Source: Eledone cirrhosa
Taxonomy: Eukaryota
Direction of reading: 5' to 3'
Length of the DNA: 64,000 nt
NCBI GenBank assembly: GCA_964016885.1
Contig: OZ024746.1
Coordinates: forward strand, 44,516,001 to 44,580,000
The translations under genes and the position numbers were made by a program. The first letter of the stretch is position 1. Each line of letters begins with the position of its first letter. Shown here in pieces: positions 38,276-53,637 of this stretch. The notes beneath the pieces are model-generated. The model was not told the DNA's origin and searched no databases. It saw nothing but the letters and a program-made list of their open reading frames with translations.

Positions 38276-39649
38276 TTATCTATCTATCTATCTACCTATC
38301 TATCTATCTCTCTCTCTATATATATATGCATACAAATATACAATAAGATCCGTTCCAACATATGTACATACAGGCATAAGTACATATCTTCATATGTACA
38401 TCCCTACATGCATACATAGTTGCGAATAGCTTGAAAATTAAATCACAATTAATATTTGCCGTAACAGTTTAACAGTAAATATATGAAATCCTTATGGATA
38501 AATGTAGGATTTTTTGTATTTCTAATCGTGATTATAACTGTAGTGTAATGTATCACATTAACAAAGAGTTATATATGTACAATTTGGGCCTAAACCGTTT
38601 GATAGTATGCAAAAGCCTAAATGTCTGCAGGATATCAAATAAGCTCTCCTAGACTTAAGATCCAACTATCTTAATATCTAAATATCCAAATATGCTTAAT
38701 ATATAATCTGGTTCGTAAAATTAATCATCCTAATCAGCATAGACTAATATTGTTGCAGTGAACTAACAACCAAATAGTGATACACATTATAGTAACATGT
38801 TTAATATCACTATAATACGTTTGGCACTTTTACCTGCTTACAACCTGCGTTTTTCCTAGCTACAATTCAGCTGAAATTCTAGATGTGGTTAAGTAATCAA
38901 TTGAATACCAAAATATAGTTACCATCCTAAAAGAGTGTTGGACATGTTACAGAATGTAAAATACATTGACGTGAAAGACATGCAATCTAAAACAAATATA
39001 TAATAAAGCTAGAACTAAATGTATACTGACTCCTGTTACCGGAACACACCAAGTTATGCCGTGATGTTGTGGACCTCACTGTTGAGGTTGTGTCTAGAAG
39101 GCGACTGATGAGAGATAGGCCGGCAGTTCTTGGTCAGATGTGGAGCGGACGCCGAGTAAAGCGTTTACTTGAACTCAGCAAATTTGCAAGCTTTATTATG
39201 GCTCTTATTCTTTTACTAACGCTCCATTTTATCACAGCAAGTTCACCGATTAATATTGCAGCCATCATTTTAACTTCTATTTTCATTTTAAATTATGTGG
39301 TAGAATATCAGAAGGCTTGGTCCTGTACAGCTGAAATTAATGTTTCCATTTCTGTATTTATGTCAGGGACTTTGCATATTTTCTGCCTTTAGTGTGGATG
39401 TTGTCTCATTAGCTGCCATGTTAATAAAGATGTTCTCGCTTTTTTGTTTTCGTATAATTTAAAGCTGCATTTACTTTATTTTATTTTTGTTTTATATATT
39501 TTGCTTTTCTTTTCTATCTTTCTTTAAAGGTAATTAATTTCTGGTTTGTATATTATCAGTTCCTTTATATATGAAAAAATATGTTTTTCTTTTCTTCGTA
39601 CTATCTTATTAAGCGAATAAGTCTCTCATTGCTTGCATCGAAGTATTAT

Positions 39650-41000
39650 GCGTTGACTATAGCCGTTGTTTTATAAGAGTTCTCTATTTGTATCAATCCC
39701 ATTCCTTTCTATCTACACAGAGTGTATAATAGTGTTCCGAATGCAATGTGTAGATTTCTGCGTTTACTATGTTGATTTCAATTAATCTAACTTCCAATAT
39801 ATTATATTCAAACCGTAGTTTATGACTAAGATGTCTAATTCATTTATATCTATTTTCTTGCCTCTGATATTAAGTTCAGATTTAATCTGTGTTTGACTCT
39901 TCTGTAGCACGCATTTCGAATCTTCCTCTTAATTTATATCTCATAATCTATACATTTCATTTACAAAGTACCTATATGAATGATTCTGCTCTAATTCTCC
40001 TATTTCAGTGCTAAATTTAAATAATATTTTCATTTATGATTAATTAGTCTATTCTATGTTTAGTTAGTTTCATATTACAACTAAATTTATGTATGATCTT
40101 TAGTGCGTTTTCTAGCTGCTGTTAATTTTGTTGGTGGTGTATAGGTATTCATTCTAAGGGTGATTAACAGATCGCCTTTATATTTGGATGTGTGCATACG
40201 AAATGTATGAGCCAGAGATCAGTTTTTTGCGGGGTGGAGGTAGTGGGTGCTTTAATATCGTGATGATATGTCACAATTCAATTTTCATATACTAGTGGGT
40301 TTGCAGTTTTACAAATAATTACAGTTGTTGCTTCGTTGTAGGTTTTATCAGTACATGTACCGATTGTGTTTTGAATTTCCATATAGATTATTTGATGTCT
40401 TTGTTGCAGCAGGAGTTCGAGGTTTTTGGAATAGATCTGAAATATATGAACTGGGTTTTCCGCTTTTGTCTTCGTTGCACATGTTTTTTATTCGATTTTT
40501 AAACACGCTTGGCAATGTCGTTTGGTTCTGTTGTTGCCGAATGTATATAACATTGGAAATAGTTTTTCTGATGTTTATGCTAGAGTTATTGGTATTACTA
40601 ATTGATTTATATAGTGGTTAACTGCTTGATTTGTGGGTTACCTTTCATGTAAAGATTTCTAATCTTATTTTGTTATAGAATTTATTTTTTTTATTTACTT
40701 GGTTAATTTCCTGATACTGGAACGTATTTCTCCACTGTCATTTATCTGTAATGTTTGAGGTTTATTGTAGTTCACGGTAGCTATTTCAGTATTATATTGG
40801 GGGTTATATTATTGTGTTGATTTGAAAACATTTTCAGAGTATCTACAAAACCTTTGTTGAATATTTACTGCAGCAAAGATTTTAGTGAGTGATTGATATT
40901 GATGGTTTCTGCCCATCACAAGTATCTTTCTTCGTATTTTCACTAAGTTGCTTTCTACAGGTTTATAATTTATTAGCATAGGAACTATACGTAGTTTCAT
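39650..41000 (-). mobile_element. Possible highly decayed Penelope-like 3' half
   Basis: Strand-biased composition like the Naiad linker, with only weak GIY-YIG-like and post-RT fragments. Confidence 0.25.
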
Positions 41001-41048
41001 TCTCCATACTTGGTAATGAAATAAAAAATATCAAATATATATATATAT

Positions 41049-41160
<112 letters not shown>

Positions 41161-41649
41161 CCACAACTAATTAACAAACCATACATGAGGATGAGCGTTT
41201 CAGCGTATGGATGTTCAACCCTTGTATGACTGCTGTGAGAACTGAAATAATTATGAACTGAGTGGATTCTATGCGTCAGATGTTGGTAGTTAGGTGGAAG
41301 GGAGACAACTGAAATTAGACTGTTGCAAGTGAGACAATTTTCGTATGAGCTAGTTGGTTCCGGATTAAACCTTTCGCTATCCTGGGTCCTGCGTCCCTCC
41401 AGTTACAAATAGGCTCTTGTGTTAAGGCAAATACTATTATGTAACCTCTGTAATATATTCACTCTTTCATCAATCCACATCGTACAAAACATTGCTCCAT
41501 TTCCGTATGACTTGGATTTGGTTAGAGCTTTCAACGTCGGCATCCTTGAATAACTATACGTGGATTGCCAGCTTCGTGGAGGATCGCTTATCAGAGTGTC
41601 TAAAGCTCGTCTGATGGTTAAGGAAGCACTTTCAAACCGGCCCGCCGGA

Positions 41650-41821
<172 letters not shown>

Positions 41822-42961
41822 TAGGGATGTAACGAACATATACAGTTTTGTAGAAGTAATAAACATGCTGAAATACTGGTGATAGCTATTATTGTAGTTT
41901 AACTGTGTGTGAACAGAATAATGAATCAATGGGATACAAAGAATGAATCACTAGATAATACCCCAAAATTCGTCTGTGATCGATGCTTATTTCCACAAGA
42001 ATAAACGATTATTTTAGTTTCAAATATATCGTTATAAATATACGTTCATTTGAGTTCATATTTTCATAATCCAAACACAGTTATCTGCCATATACAACAA
42101 GATGTTGTTTTACGATTGAATGATAAATTATCGGGAAGCCAGCAATTTACTTTTGATTGAATATTGTCTGTGTTGCTCCTTGAAATACGACAGGGCTGAA
42201 AGGACTGATATCTTTAAGCTAACATTTAAAGGTAATAGCGTTATTTATGTTCATTTTGAATTTTTCACTTCAAATGAAACTGACAAAAGAAACAATTTAG
42301 TCTATTATATTGCCAACAATTGACGAGGCAGATATTCCTGAATACAACATGAAATATAAAGAAGAATATGACCGGCTGCCTGAAATGTTAACTGTTGCCA
42401 AATATATTACTGAAAATATTAAGATATCATCTGAATATAAAATAAGTATATAACGCCTTAATATTCTATAGTCCATAAATGAACGAGCGTTTCAGCGATA
42501 CAAAACAAATTGAAATCTTTCCAAACATCGTATTCAAACGATTAAAATATCATATGTACAGTTGAAGCATTTTCCAGATTAGCCATGATATGTAAAGTTA
42601 TAGATCAAGAAAATAGAATAAAACTACAAATACTAGGTTATTACAAAAATCTAACAAATGTAACATTTGCTGAGATACAGCGTGGAAGACAATAGTAGTA
42701 TTTATAATGAAGCCCACAGCAAACATCTGAAAATATTTAGCCAAATTGAAATTGAATGTTAAGGCAATGGCTAAATGTGATATCAATATAATAATTTTTA
42801 TTTCAAAAGCCAGAACGCAATTTACTAATAACATCACAGAAACAGTTAACTCCTACAGCAATTATAATTTTTTTTTTCATGTTGATGTACATTCTCTGGC
42901 TAACATTTAATATATTTTCGGTAGTGCTTTTATGAATCAACACATGAACGACTACGATACA

Positions 42962-43020
<59 letters not shown>

Positions 43021-43024
<4 letters not shown>

Positions 43025-43220
43025 AACGAGTAGGACCCCGACGGCTGTGCTGAAGCCGTTTCGACAGCTAATTCTGGATTAAATTTAGATTTAGATTTAG
43101 TCCAGAATTAGCCGTCGAAACGGCTTGAGCTCAGCCGTCGGAGTCCTACTCTACTACCCTAAGTATTGAGTACTTTGGTGCGTTATGGTCCATCTGGTTC
43201 CTTACCACATTTCCTTCGTT
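43021..43220 (+). mobile_element. Mini fold-back element (51-bp arms + tail) containing a hammerhead 3' half, in (TA)n
   Basis: 43028-43078 is the reverse complement of 43101-43151 (4 mismatches). GAAA-CGGCT..AGCCG-TC at 43117-43139. Tail nearly identical to the 25463 copy. Confidence 0.85.
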
Positions 43221-43225
43221 ATATA

Positions 43226-43290
<65 letters not shown>

Positions 43291-43311
43291 TTATACATAT
43301 ATACATACATA

Positions 43312-43925
43312 CATATGGTAGCTGCCAACTCGTTTTCGAGTACGGCCACTACTTTATATCCATGTAGGAGAACCCCTACTGATGCGCTGAACGAGTGTGA
43401 CTTTTTAGTCCAGCCAGCGACTTGAAAACTCTGGTACAACACTGCACTTATGACAATTATTGACACATAGTGCTGTGCCCATGGTACCATGTGACGACAA
43501 GTGCAGAGAGATCTCCAGATATAAAGCAATGCCTGTGCCGTGAAGCTTTTATAGTGAGCAAAGGCATTGCACAAAGCCAGTCCCACTCTCTTAACCTAGA
43601 TGATATTTACCAAAAAGAAGAACAAGTCAACATCATCGGATACCATCAGGGTTGCAGGTGTTATATGAGAGTTTTCCTTCTAGAATTCTGCCTTGACAAA
43701 GGCTAAGCGGTCATCTCCCCCGGTGAATTTGGATGGACATTGTCTCTTAAGAGCTCCTTTGCCCTTTGACAGGTTTTGTTTTTAGTTCTGCAGGATGTCC
43801 AAAGTCATCCTCCTCACCAAGAAACCTTGGTGTGGTTGCCAGTTTAGTCTCCAATGACCCGACCATGAGACAGGTTTTACTGGGATACATGTTACCAGTA
43901 GCACCAACTGGTGACCTGACATTTA
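43312..43925 (-). mobile_element. Non-autonomous RTE-derived element (leader + 3' tip) flanked by (ATGT)n
   Basis: Homologous to 25642-26160. The 3' end on the minus strand is ggccgtactcgaaaacgagttggcagctaccat(atgt)n. No long ORF. Confidence 0.65.
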
Positions 43926-44062
43926 CATACATACATAGATACATACATACATACATACATACATACATACATACATACATACATACATACATACATACAT
44001 ACATACATACATACATGATGGCTTCCCCCTCGTTATCGAGTATGGCCATTGCACGAGAAGAA
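43926..44062 (-). mobile_element. RTE-type 3' tip with (ATGT)n tail
   Basis: Minus strand ggccatactcgataacgagggggaagccatc(atgt)n, the same terminal hairpin type as at 43312-43352. Confidence 0.55.
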
Positions 44063-44094
44063 AAAAAAAATAGATAACAAGTAAAAAAAAAGAA

Positions 44095-44129
<35 letters not shown>

Positions 44130-44200
44130 ATATATATATAAAATATTAAACAAATAATGAATAAACAATGAAAACAGTTCCTTATATTAAACAAAAAAAG

Positions 44201-44354
44201 TTCATTATTTAACGATCGTTTCTAGGATATATATGTGTTAGAATTGGCATGCATATTCAACAGATCTATGTACAAAATTATACAAAATTATACAAACTAT
44301 CAAGATTAAATATACATACCAACACATATATACGCCGTCTTCAGAAATAATGAA
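44201..44354 (-). ncRNA. Type I hammerhead ribozyme motif with long stem II (mirror copy)
   Basis: Reverse complement of 56086-56239. Confidence 0.75.
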
Positions 44355-44987
44355 ATATATTTATTGATAATAACAACAATTCAAAATTTCAGGTCCGTTT
44401 GGGAACAAAATTGACCAATGAAAATACAAAAGGTTTAATGCAGTTCGGTGTGTGTATATACATGTAACTACCCTTACACATATTTTACAAAAATGTATGC
44501 ACAACTTGTATACGCATACGAAAAGGATGGATGCAAATACAAAATTTCAAGGTTAATGTCTCTGTAAGTTTATAATGCACAGATAAGATGCGTATAGACA
44601 CATAAATATGAAATAAGTGTATATACATATTTTCATACTCACTCATATCCGTACAATCACACATACACACACATAAACTACGAACATACAAACACACACA
44701 CACCCCCACTCATATATATATATGTGGATATAAAATCCTAAGCACATGGATATTAATTCACTCACATAAACATTGGCACACACATTTAGATCAAGATACA
44801 GAAATTAGGTGGGAGGGGGGGAGAGGTCAGTATTCAACTGTTTGGGCAGACTGCTTAATATAGATGTATCTATAAACTAAGAAAATAAAAAATAATAAAT
44901 AATAAATAAACATTAAAAAGGAAAGAAAAGAAAAAGAAAAAGAAAAAGAAAAAGAAAAAAGAAAAAAGAAAAAAGAAATATATCAAG

Positions 44988-45037
<50 letters not shown>

Positions 45038-45227
45038 TGTATATATATATATATATATATACATACACGTACATACACACATATATATACACATACACAC
45101 ATACAAACACATACATACATATACACACATCCACACTTAGAACATACATACACACACATATATAAACATATACATATACACACATACATACATATACACA
45201 CATACATATAAATACACATATATAAAT

Positions 45228-45294
<67 letters not shown>

Positions 45295-45581
45295 CACTCA
45301 TACATACACATATAATCACACATACTATATAGACACACATATATATACACACATACACGCACATATACATACACTTACATACATATATACATACAGATAT
45401 ACACATACATACCTATATATACACACAAATACATACAGACATACATACATACATACAGACAAATACTTAGGCATCTATATATCGGTATATACATACAAAC
45501 ACCACTACACTCTCACACAACTCAGACATACAAAGAAAAAGGTATATATCTATACACATATACATATACAAATAGAGAAAC

Positions 45582-45613
<32 letters not shown>

Positions 45614-45852
45614 ATATATATATATACATATATATATACATATACATACATATACACATATACACACATACACATACATACACATACATACATGTACACA
45701 CACATAGATATATATACACATACACACATACACACATACATATTTAGTCATACACACACATACACCTACACGAACATACACATACACATATATAAAGATA
45801 TATATACACACACACACACACATACACACACACACATATATATAAAAAATGA

Positions 45853-45895
<43 letters not shown>

Positions 45896-46807
45896 TACAT
45901 ACATATACATACACACATACATAGACATATATGTACATACATACACATACATAGATACATACACACACATACATACATATATATATACACACATAGACAT
46001 ATACTTACATACACACACAACATACATACACACATATATACTCATACATAGAATTAGATATATAATCATACATACATACGCACTTACATATACTCATATA
46101 TACAAATACATACGCATCCATATATGCGTATATACATAGAAACACCACTACACCCTCACCCAACTCAGACATACAAAGAAAAAGGCATATACATATACAT
46201 ATATACACGCATTAATAGAGATATATATACACATATATATATATATATATATACACACACATACACTTATATATATATACTCACACCCACATACAACCAA
46301 AAATACACATACAAACACCCACATATACATATATATACACATATATATATATACACACACATAAAAAACAGACATGCACATATATATTTTTTTACACACA
46401 TATATACACATATATATACATATACACACCCTCACATATACACACATACACATAAGTTATATTATAATAATAAATAATATATATATATAACACATACATA
46501 TATACATATATATATATACATATATATACATATATATATATACACATACGAATATAGACATATATACGCACATAGATACACATATATATATATATACACA
46601 TACATATACACACACACATATACACACTCACATATACATGTGTGTGCACACACACATATATACACATACACACATATGCACATAAACACATATATGTGTA
46701 TACATGCGCACACACACATATATCCACATAGATACGAAGATAGACATATAAATAGAGAGACATACATATATATACACACACACACATATACATACATACA
46801 TACACAC

Positions 46808-46858
<51 letters not shown>

Positions 46859-48200
46859 CATATACACATACACACATACACATACACATATATATACACA
46901 CATGCATATATACACATATACACATACATACACACACATATATATACACACACAATCTTACATTCTTATTTGCATGCGCATATATGTATTTTTATATTCA
47001 GATATAAATACCCAAACATATATACACCTACCTACATATATATTCATACATACACGCCTACAAAGACAGAAGGTAGTAGTATGGGGGAAAGGGGGGGGGT
47101 TGGAGAAGGGGATTATAGTAAATATATGTTTCAAGAAACATAGAATATTATCCGTATCAGGATCCAATGTATATTTTTTTACATAGTTTCAGTGTTAGGA
47201 AATACAATAAACAAGAAATAAGGCAAAATTTATGCATTTCAAAATAAATAAGTATACCATTAAATTATATGTTAACTAAACTAAAGATAGTTAACATATT
47301 GATTTCTAAGGTGTAAATTAGTTAGGTTTATAATATTTGAAGCAGAATTTTGAAGTTAAATAGTAGTAGAGTATTAATTATAGTATAACTAAATTAAAAT
47401 TAATAACGTTATGGTATCAATATTAGGAACTGAATTTAGTAATAGGGAAAAAACAAATAAGTATTACATCGGTAGTAGAATATAAATTATAGGTTAACTA
47501 AATTAAAAATTATATATTTATTTCTATAGTATATGTTAATTAGGTATATAATAAATAAAACAGATATTGTATTTTATCAATAGCAGAATATAATTATATG
47601 CAAATAGAAATCAAAATTAATACATATACATATACATATACATACACATATATATATACACATATATATACATATATATATACACATATACACATATACA
47701 CACACACACACATACACATACACATATACATATACATATTTTTTCAAAAATTGCAAAGAATATATTAACTAGGTATATATCCAAAACACATCCCATTCCA
47801 TGATTACATGACATTCTGCAATTCGTCTGTATAAGGATACTAATTTTAAGCCAATTAAATTAAATTTTTAGGTTGATTAAAATTAAAACCAAATTATAAA
47901 TATATTTCTAAAATGTATATTAATAAGGTCTATAATACTAAAAATTAATTCTCTGTCATTGGATACACGATATTTTGTTATATTTTATCTGTAAAAGAAT
48001 TATAATAAAAGGTTTAAATAAATTAAAATTAATCTATAAATTAAATTACTAAGTATATATTAGTAATATTTAAAGGTTTTTCACAATTTATGATTACATA
48101 ATATTTTATATTCTCATCTGTAATAGAATTTTAATTAAATTAAATTTATAGGTTAACTAACATTTAAATTAAAATTAAATTAATTTCTAAAATAATGTTA

Positions 48201-50196
48201 TTAATTAGGTTTATAATATTTAAATGTTTTTTTTAGTTTATGATTACACGATATAATTAATTCCTGTCGTTTATTTAATAGGATATCCTTAGATTTCATT
48301 ATTTCAAATAGTTCTTGGGAACATAATCTACATTCATTTCTATTATTTTGATAAGGGGTGGCTCTTTTGAGCACACTCCAGGTCAAATCATATTCTATAT
48401 TCTTATTTTTATAAATATTGATTTTTTCTGCTAGAGATGTTGTATTAGCCAGTGCGGCATTTTTAAAACTATGCTTGTGGGTATTAAACCTTGTCTTAAA
48501 ATTGTTAGAGGTAGCTCCTATATATGAGCAAATAGAATCTTTAGTTTTAACATTACATTTATAGACTATGTTGTTAACAAGACAATTCCCTTTTAATGGG
48601 CAGTTTGCTTTGTTTCTACAGTTACAACCTTTCGTTAATTTTGTATTTGAGGAGATATTATGGTTAATTTGATGTACTGGTGGTATACTTATGGTTTTCT
48701 TACATTTATATGCATTATAGGCACTTATATTTTGTTTTATGTTATTTGTTGTAGAATATGAGAATTTAACTGTAGACCTATTTAAGATTTGATGGTATTT
48801 GTGGTTTGGCGGGAAGTTTTTCTCTAGGATATAAAAAAATTTTTTAGCAATATTATCCTTAATTTGTAAATTAAATGGAGCATTATACCAAGTAACCCGT
48901 CTATTACGGTTTCTATGTTGTTTATTATTTTTATTATTTTTATAGGTTGTATCGTGATTTTTACTAGGAGGATTAATGTTAATGATCTCACCACAACCAT
49001 TTTTAGTTATATTTGTAGATTTAGGTGTTTTATCCTTTTTATTAGGAGTTTTATTATTAATATTTATTAGAGTTGTATGATGAGTAGTTTTTTGAGAGTT
49101 ACTATACTTTATATTAGAAGATTTGGTATTTTGGGGTATAGTGTGGGTGGCATTTAGGTGTGTACTTTTCATTTGGTGTTTGTTGGTAATATTAGGTTGT
49201 ATGCTTTCAGTATTTTTAGTAGAAGGTATATATTCTAATCTATTTTTGTGGCCACTTCTATCTAGAGATTCGTTATAGAAGGTAGCATTTTTATCAAATA
49301 CATCTTGGTTAGAAGAAAGGTTAGAAATTCTAAGTGATATATTATATGCAAGGTTTTTAAGGATAGATTTAGGGTGATTAGATTGTGAGTGTATGTAATG
49401 TAAGTTTTGGTTTGGTTTATGGTAAGGTTGGTAGATACCCGTAGCTAAATCTAAAGTTATATCTAGGAAATTTACTACTTTACTTGTTTTTTCAAAAGTA
49501 ATATTAAGATTATAATAGTCTTTAAGGAAAGTTCTAATATGTTTTTTGTTTTTTTCAATTTCTGAAAGGCTAAGGTTGTTAGAAAGAAGAAGACAGTCAT
49601 CACGATATAAACCACCTTTGAGGTGGGGAAAGGAGGCATTTATGTTGAAAAGGAGAAAGAGGCCCACAAGATCAGTAATTTGGGCGGAATCGCTTGAACC
49701 CATAGTAATATCAAATAGATTACTATATGTGTTTCTGGTCCAGTATTCATTCTGAAATTCAATAAGTGTTAGTCTAGCATGTGTAATAATATTAATGTCA
49801 TCCAAAGTTAAGTTAGATCTATTTTTAGCAAATATCGATGCTTTGTTCAGGAGTATAGGTGATATAGAAGAATAGTAATTATCTATATCAAATTGTAGAA
49901 ATGAAGCAGAAGATTTACATCTAATATTTTTAAACCAGTTAATTACCTGGGAGGTGTTTTCCCAGAGTGGTAAAATAACGTGTTTTCTTATTTGTGGGAT
50001 GACTCTATCCAAAATTTTTTTGCTAATTATTCCAATATCTGATTTGGAGGGACATATAAGTCTAATAGAAGGATTTGAGTTAAAATTTGATTTATGATCC
50101 TTCAGGTTGAAGTGTGGTCTTTTCAATGCCAAAGGTTCAGTTCTATCTTCAATGTTTAGTTTTTTTACTATGTTGTGTGTTTTGTTGTTGATGTTG
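48201..50196 (-). CDS. Penelope-like (Naiad-type) RT + GIY-YIG endonuclease, 5'-truncated, open frame
   Basis: FDIDNYYSSI, ITMGSSDSAQ, LYRDD, FLDITLDL, SNHP, WYNAPF, CNCRNKANCPLKGNCL, IVYK...YIGAT...FKTRF..H. Three aa differences from the right-arm copy. Confidence 0.9.
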
Positions 50197-52241
50197 ATAA
50201 AGAACTCAGAAAAAATTATAAAAAATCTAATAATGCGTCACTCACCAACATCAACAACAAAACACACAACATAGTAAAAAAACTAAACATTGAAGATAGA
50301 ACTGAACCTTTGGCATTGAAAAGACCACACTTCAACCTGAAGGATCATAAATCAAATTTTAACTCAAATCCTTCTATTAGACTTATATGTCCCTCCAAAT
50401 CAGATATTGGAATAATTAGCAAAAAAATTTTGGATAGAGTCATCCCACAAATAAGAAAACACGTTATTTTACCACTCTGGGAAAACACCTCCCAGGTAAT
50501 TAACTGGTTTAAAAATATTAGATGTAAATCTTCTGCTTCATTTCTACAATTTGATATAGATAATTACTATTCTTCTATATCACCTATACTCCTGAACAAA
50601 GCATTGATATTTGCTAAAAATAGATCTAACTTAACTTTGGATGACATTAATATTATTACACATGCTAGACTAACACTTATTGAATTTCAGAATGAATACT
50701 GGACCAGAAACACATATAGTAATCTATTTGATATTACTATGGGTTCAAGCGATTCCGCCCAAATTACTGATCTTGTGGGCCTCTTTCTCCTTTTCAACAT
50801 AAATGCCTCCTTTCCCCACCTCAAAGGTGGTTTATATCGTGATGACTGTCTTCTTCTTTCTAACAACCTTAGCCTTTCAGAAATTGAAAAAAACAAAAAA
50901 CATATTAGAACTTTCCTTAAAGACTATTATAATCTTAATATTACTTTTGAAAAAACAAGTAAAGTAGTAAATTTCCTAGATATAACTTTAGATTTAGCTA
51001 CGGGTATCTACCAACCTTACCATAAACCAAACCAAAACTTACATTACATACACTCACAATCTAATCACCCTAAATCTATCCTTAAAAACCTTGCATATAA
51101 TATATCACTTAGAATTTCTAACCTTTCTTCTAACCAAGATGTATTTGATAAAAATGCGACCTTCTATAACGAAGCTCTAGATAGAAGTGGCCACAAAAAT
51201 AGATTAGAATATATACCTTCTACTAAAAATACTGAAAGCATACAACCTAATATTACCAACAAACACCAAATGAAAAGTACACACCTAAATGCCACCCACA
51301 CTATACCCCAAAATACCAAATCTTCTAATATAAAGTATAGTAACTCTCAAAAAACTACTCATCATACAACTCTAATAAATATTAATAATAAAACTCCTAA
51401 TAAAAAGGATAAAACACCTAAATCTACAAATATAACTAAAAATGGTTGTGGTGAGATCATTAACATTAATCCTCCTAGTAAAAATCACGATACAACCTAT
51501 AAAAATAATAAAAATAATAAACAACATAGAAACCGTAATAGACGGGTTACTTGGTATAATGCTCCATTTAATTTACAAATTAAGGATAATATTGCTAAAA
51601 AATTTTTTTATATCCTAGAGAAAAACTTCCCGCCAAACCACAAATACCATCAAATCTTAAATAGGTCTACAGTTAAATTCTCATATTCTACAACAAATAA
51701 CATAAAACAAAATATAAGTGCCTATAATGCATATAAATGTAAGAAAACCATAAGTATACCACCAGTACATCAAATTAACCATAATATCTCCTCAAATACA
51801 AAATTAACGAAAGGTTGTAACTGTAGAAACAAAGCAAACTGCCCATTAAAAGGGAATTGTCTTGTTAACAACATAGTCTATAAATGTAATGTTAAAACTA
51901 AAGATTCTATTTGCTCATATATAGGAGCTACCTCTAACAATTTTAAGACAAGGTTTAATACCCACAAGCATAGTTTTAAAAATGCCGCACTGGCTAATAC
52001 AACATCTCTAGCAGAAAAAATCAATATTTATAAAAATAAGAATATAGAATATGATTTGACCTGGAGTGTGCTCAAAAGAGCCACCCCTTATCAAAATAAT
52101 AGAAATGAATGTAGATTATGTTCCCAAGAACTATTTGAAATAATGAAATCTAAGAATATCCTATTAAATAAACGACAGGAATTAATTATATCGTGTAATC
52201 ATAAACTAAAAAAAACATTTAAATATTATAAACCTAATTAA
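50192..52241 (+). CDS. Penelope-like (Naiad-type) RT + GIY-YIG endonuclease, 5'-truncated, open frame
   Basis: Same motifs as the left arm. CxCx5C-P-x-G-x-C before the GIY-YIG and a C-terminal CxLC..E..LLNKR fit the Naiad clade. The ORF-track start at 50175 lies in the inverted arm and is not a natural start. Confidence 0.9.
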
Positions 52242-53582
52242 TAACATTATTTTAGAAATTAATTTAATTTTAATTTAAATGTTAGTTAACCTATAAATTT
52301 AATTTAATTAAAATTCTATTACAGATGAGAATATAAAATATTATGTAATCATAAATTGTGAAAAACCTTTAAATATTACTAATATATACTTAGTAATTTA
52401 ATTTATAGATTAATTTTAATTTATTTAAACCTTTTATTATAATTCTTTTACAGATAAAATATAACAAAATATCGTGTATCCAATGACAGAGAATTAACTT
52501 TTAGTATTATAGACCTAATTAATATACATTTTAGAAATATATTTATAATTTGGTTTTAATTTTAATCAACCTAAAAATTTAATTTAATTGGCTTAAAATT
52601 AGTATCCTTATACAGACGAATTGCAGAATGTCATGTAATCATGGAATGGGATGTGTTTTGGATATATACCTAGTTAATATATTCTTTGCAATTTTTGAAA
52701 AAATATGTATATGTATATGTGTATGTGTATGTGTGTGTGTGTGTATATGTGTATATGTGTATATATATATGTATATATATGTGTATATATATATGTGTAT
52801 GTATATGTATATGTATATGTATTAATTTTGATTTCTATTTGCATATAATTATATTCTGCTATTGATAAAATACAATATCTGTTTTATTTATTATATACCT
52901 AATTAACATATACTATAGAAATAAATATATAATTTTTAATTTAGTTAACCTATAATTTATATTCTACTACCGATGTAATACTTATTTGTTTTTTCCCTAT
53001 TACTAAATTCAGTTCCTAATATTGATACCATAACGTTATTAATTTTAATTTAGTTATACTATAATTAATACTCTACTACTATTTAACTTCAAAATTCTGC
53101 TTCAAATATTATAAACCTAACTAATTTACACCTTAGAAATCAATATGTTAACTATCTTTAGTTTAGTTAACATATAATTTAATGGTATACTTATTTATTT
53201 TGAAATGCATAAATTTTGCCTTATTTCTTGTTTATTGTATTTCCTAACACTGAAACTATGTAAAAAAATATACATTGGATCCTGATACGGATAATATTCT
53301 ATGTTTCTTGAAACATATATTTACTATAATCCCCTTCTCCAACCCCCCCCTTTCCCCCATACTACTACCTTCTGTCTTTGTAGGCGTGTATGTATGAATA
53401 TATATGTAGGTAGGTGTATATATGTTTGGGTATTTATATCTGAATATAAAAATACATATATGCGCATGCAAATAAGAATGTAAGATTGTGTGTGTATATA
53501 TATGTGTGTGTATGTATGTGTATATGTGTATATATGCATGTGTGTATATATATGTGTATGTGTATGTGTGTATGTGTATATG

Positions 53583-53637
<55 letters not shown>

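Larger units (their letters stand above)
44138..50196 (-). mobile_element. Left (inverted) arm of palindromic Naiad-type Penelope-like element
   Basis: Reverse complement of 50246-56302. Starts in (TA)n and lacks the 134-nt terminal tail. Confidence 0.93.

Noticed and set aside
39105-39135. ctgatgag in a GC-richer patch
   Set aside because: No downstream GAAA/stem III arrangement.
42000-42600. Possible hAT C-terminal relic (NERFSD)
   Set aside because: Too little motif evidence to call.
44870-47814. Dozens of Tyr/Ile/Cys/Val/His-rich ORFs, mirrored at 52628-55955 and also at other microsatellites
   Set aside because: They are translations of TA/TG/CA repeats, which lack stop codons.
50175-50196. 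ORF-track start MCFVVD of the 688-aa ORF
   Set aside because: It derives from the inverted arm. The element is 5'-truncated and has no natural start.
50192-52700. Selenocysteine recoding, reported for some Naiad elements
   Set aside because: No in-frame TGA in the retained ORF and no recognisable SECIS after the TAA stop. The missing 5' part cannot be judged.
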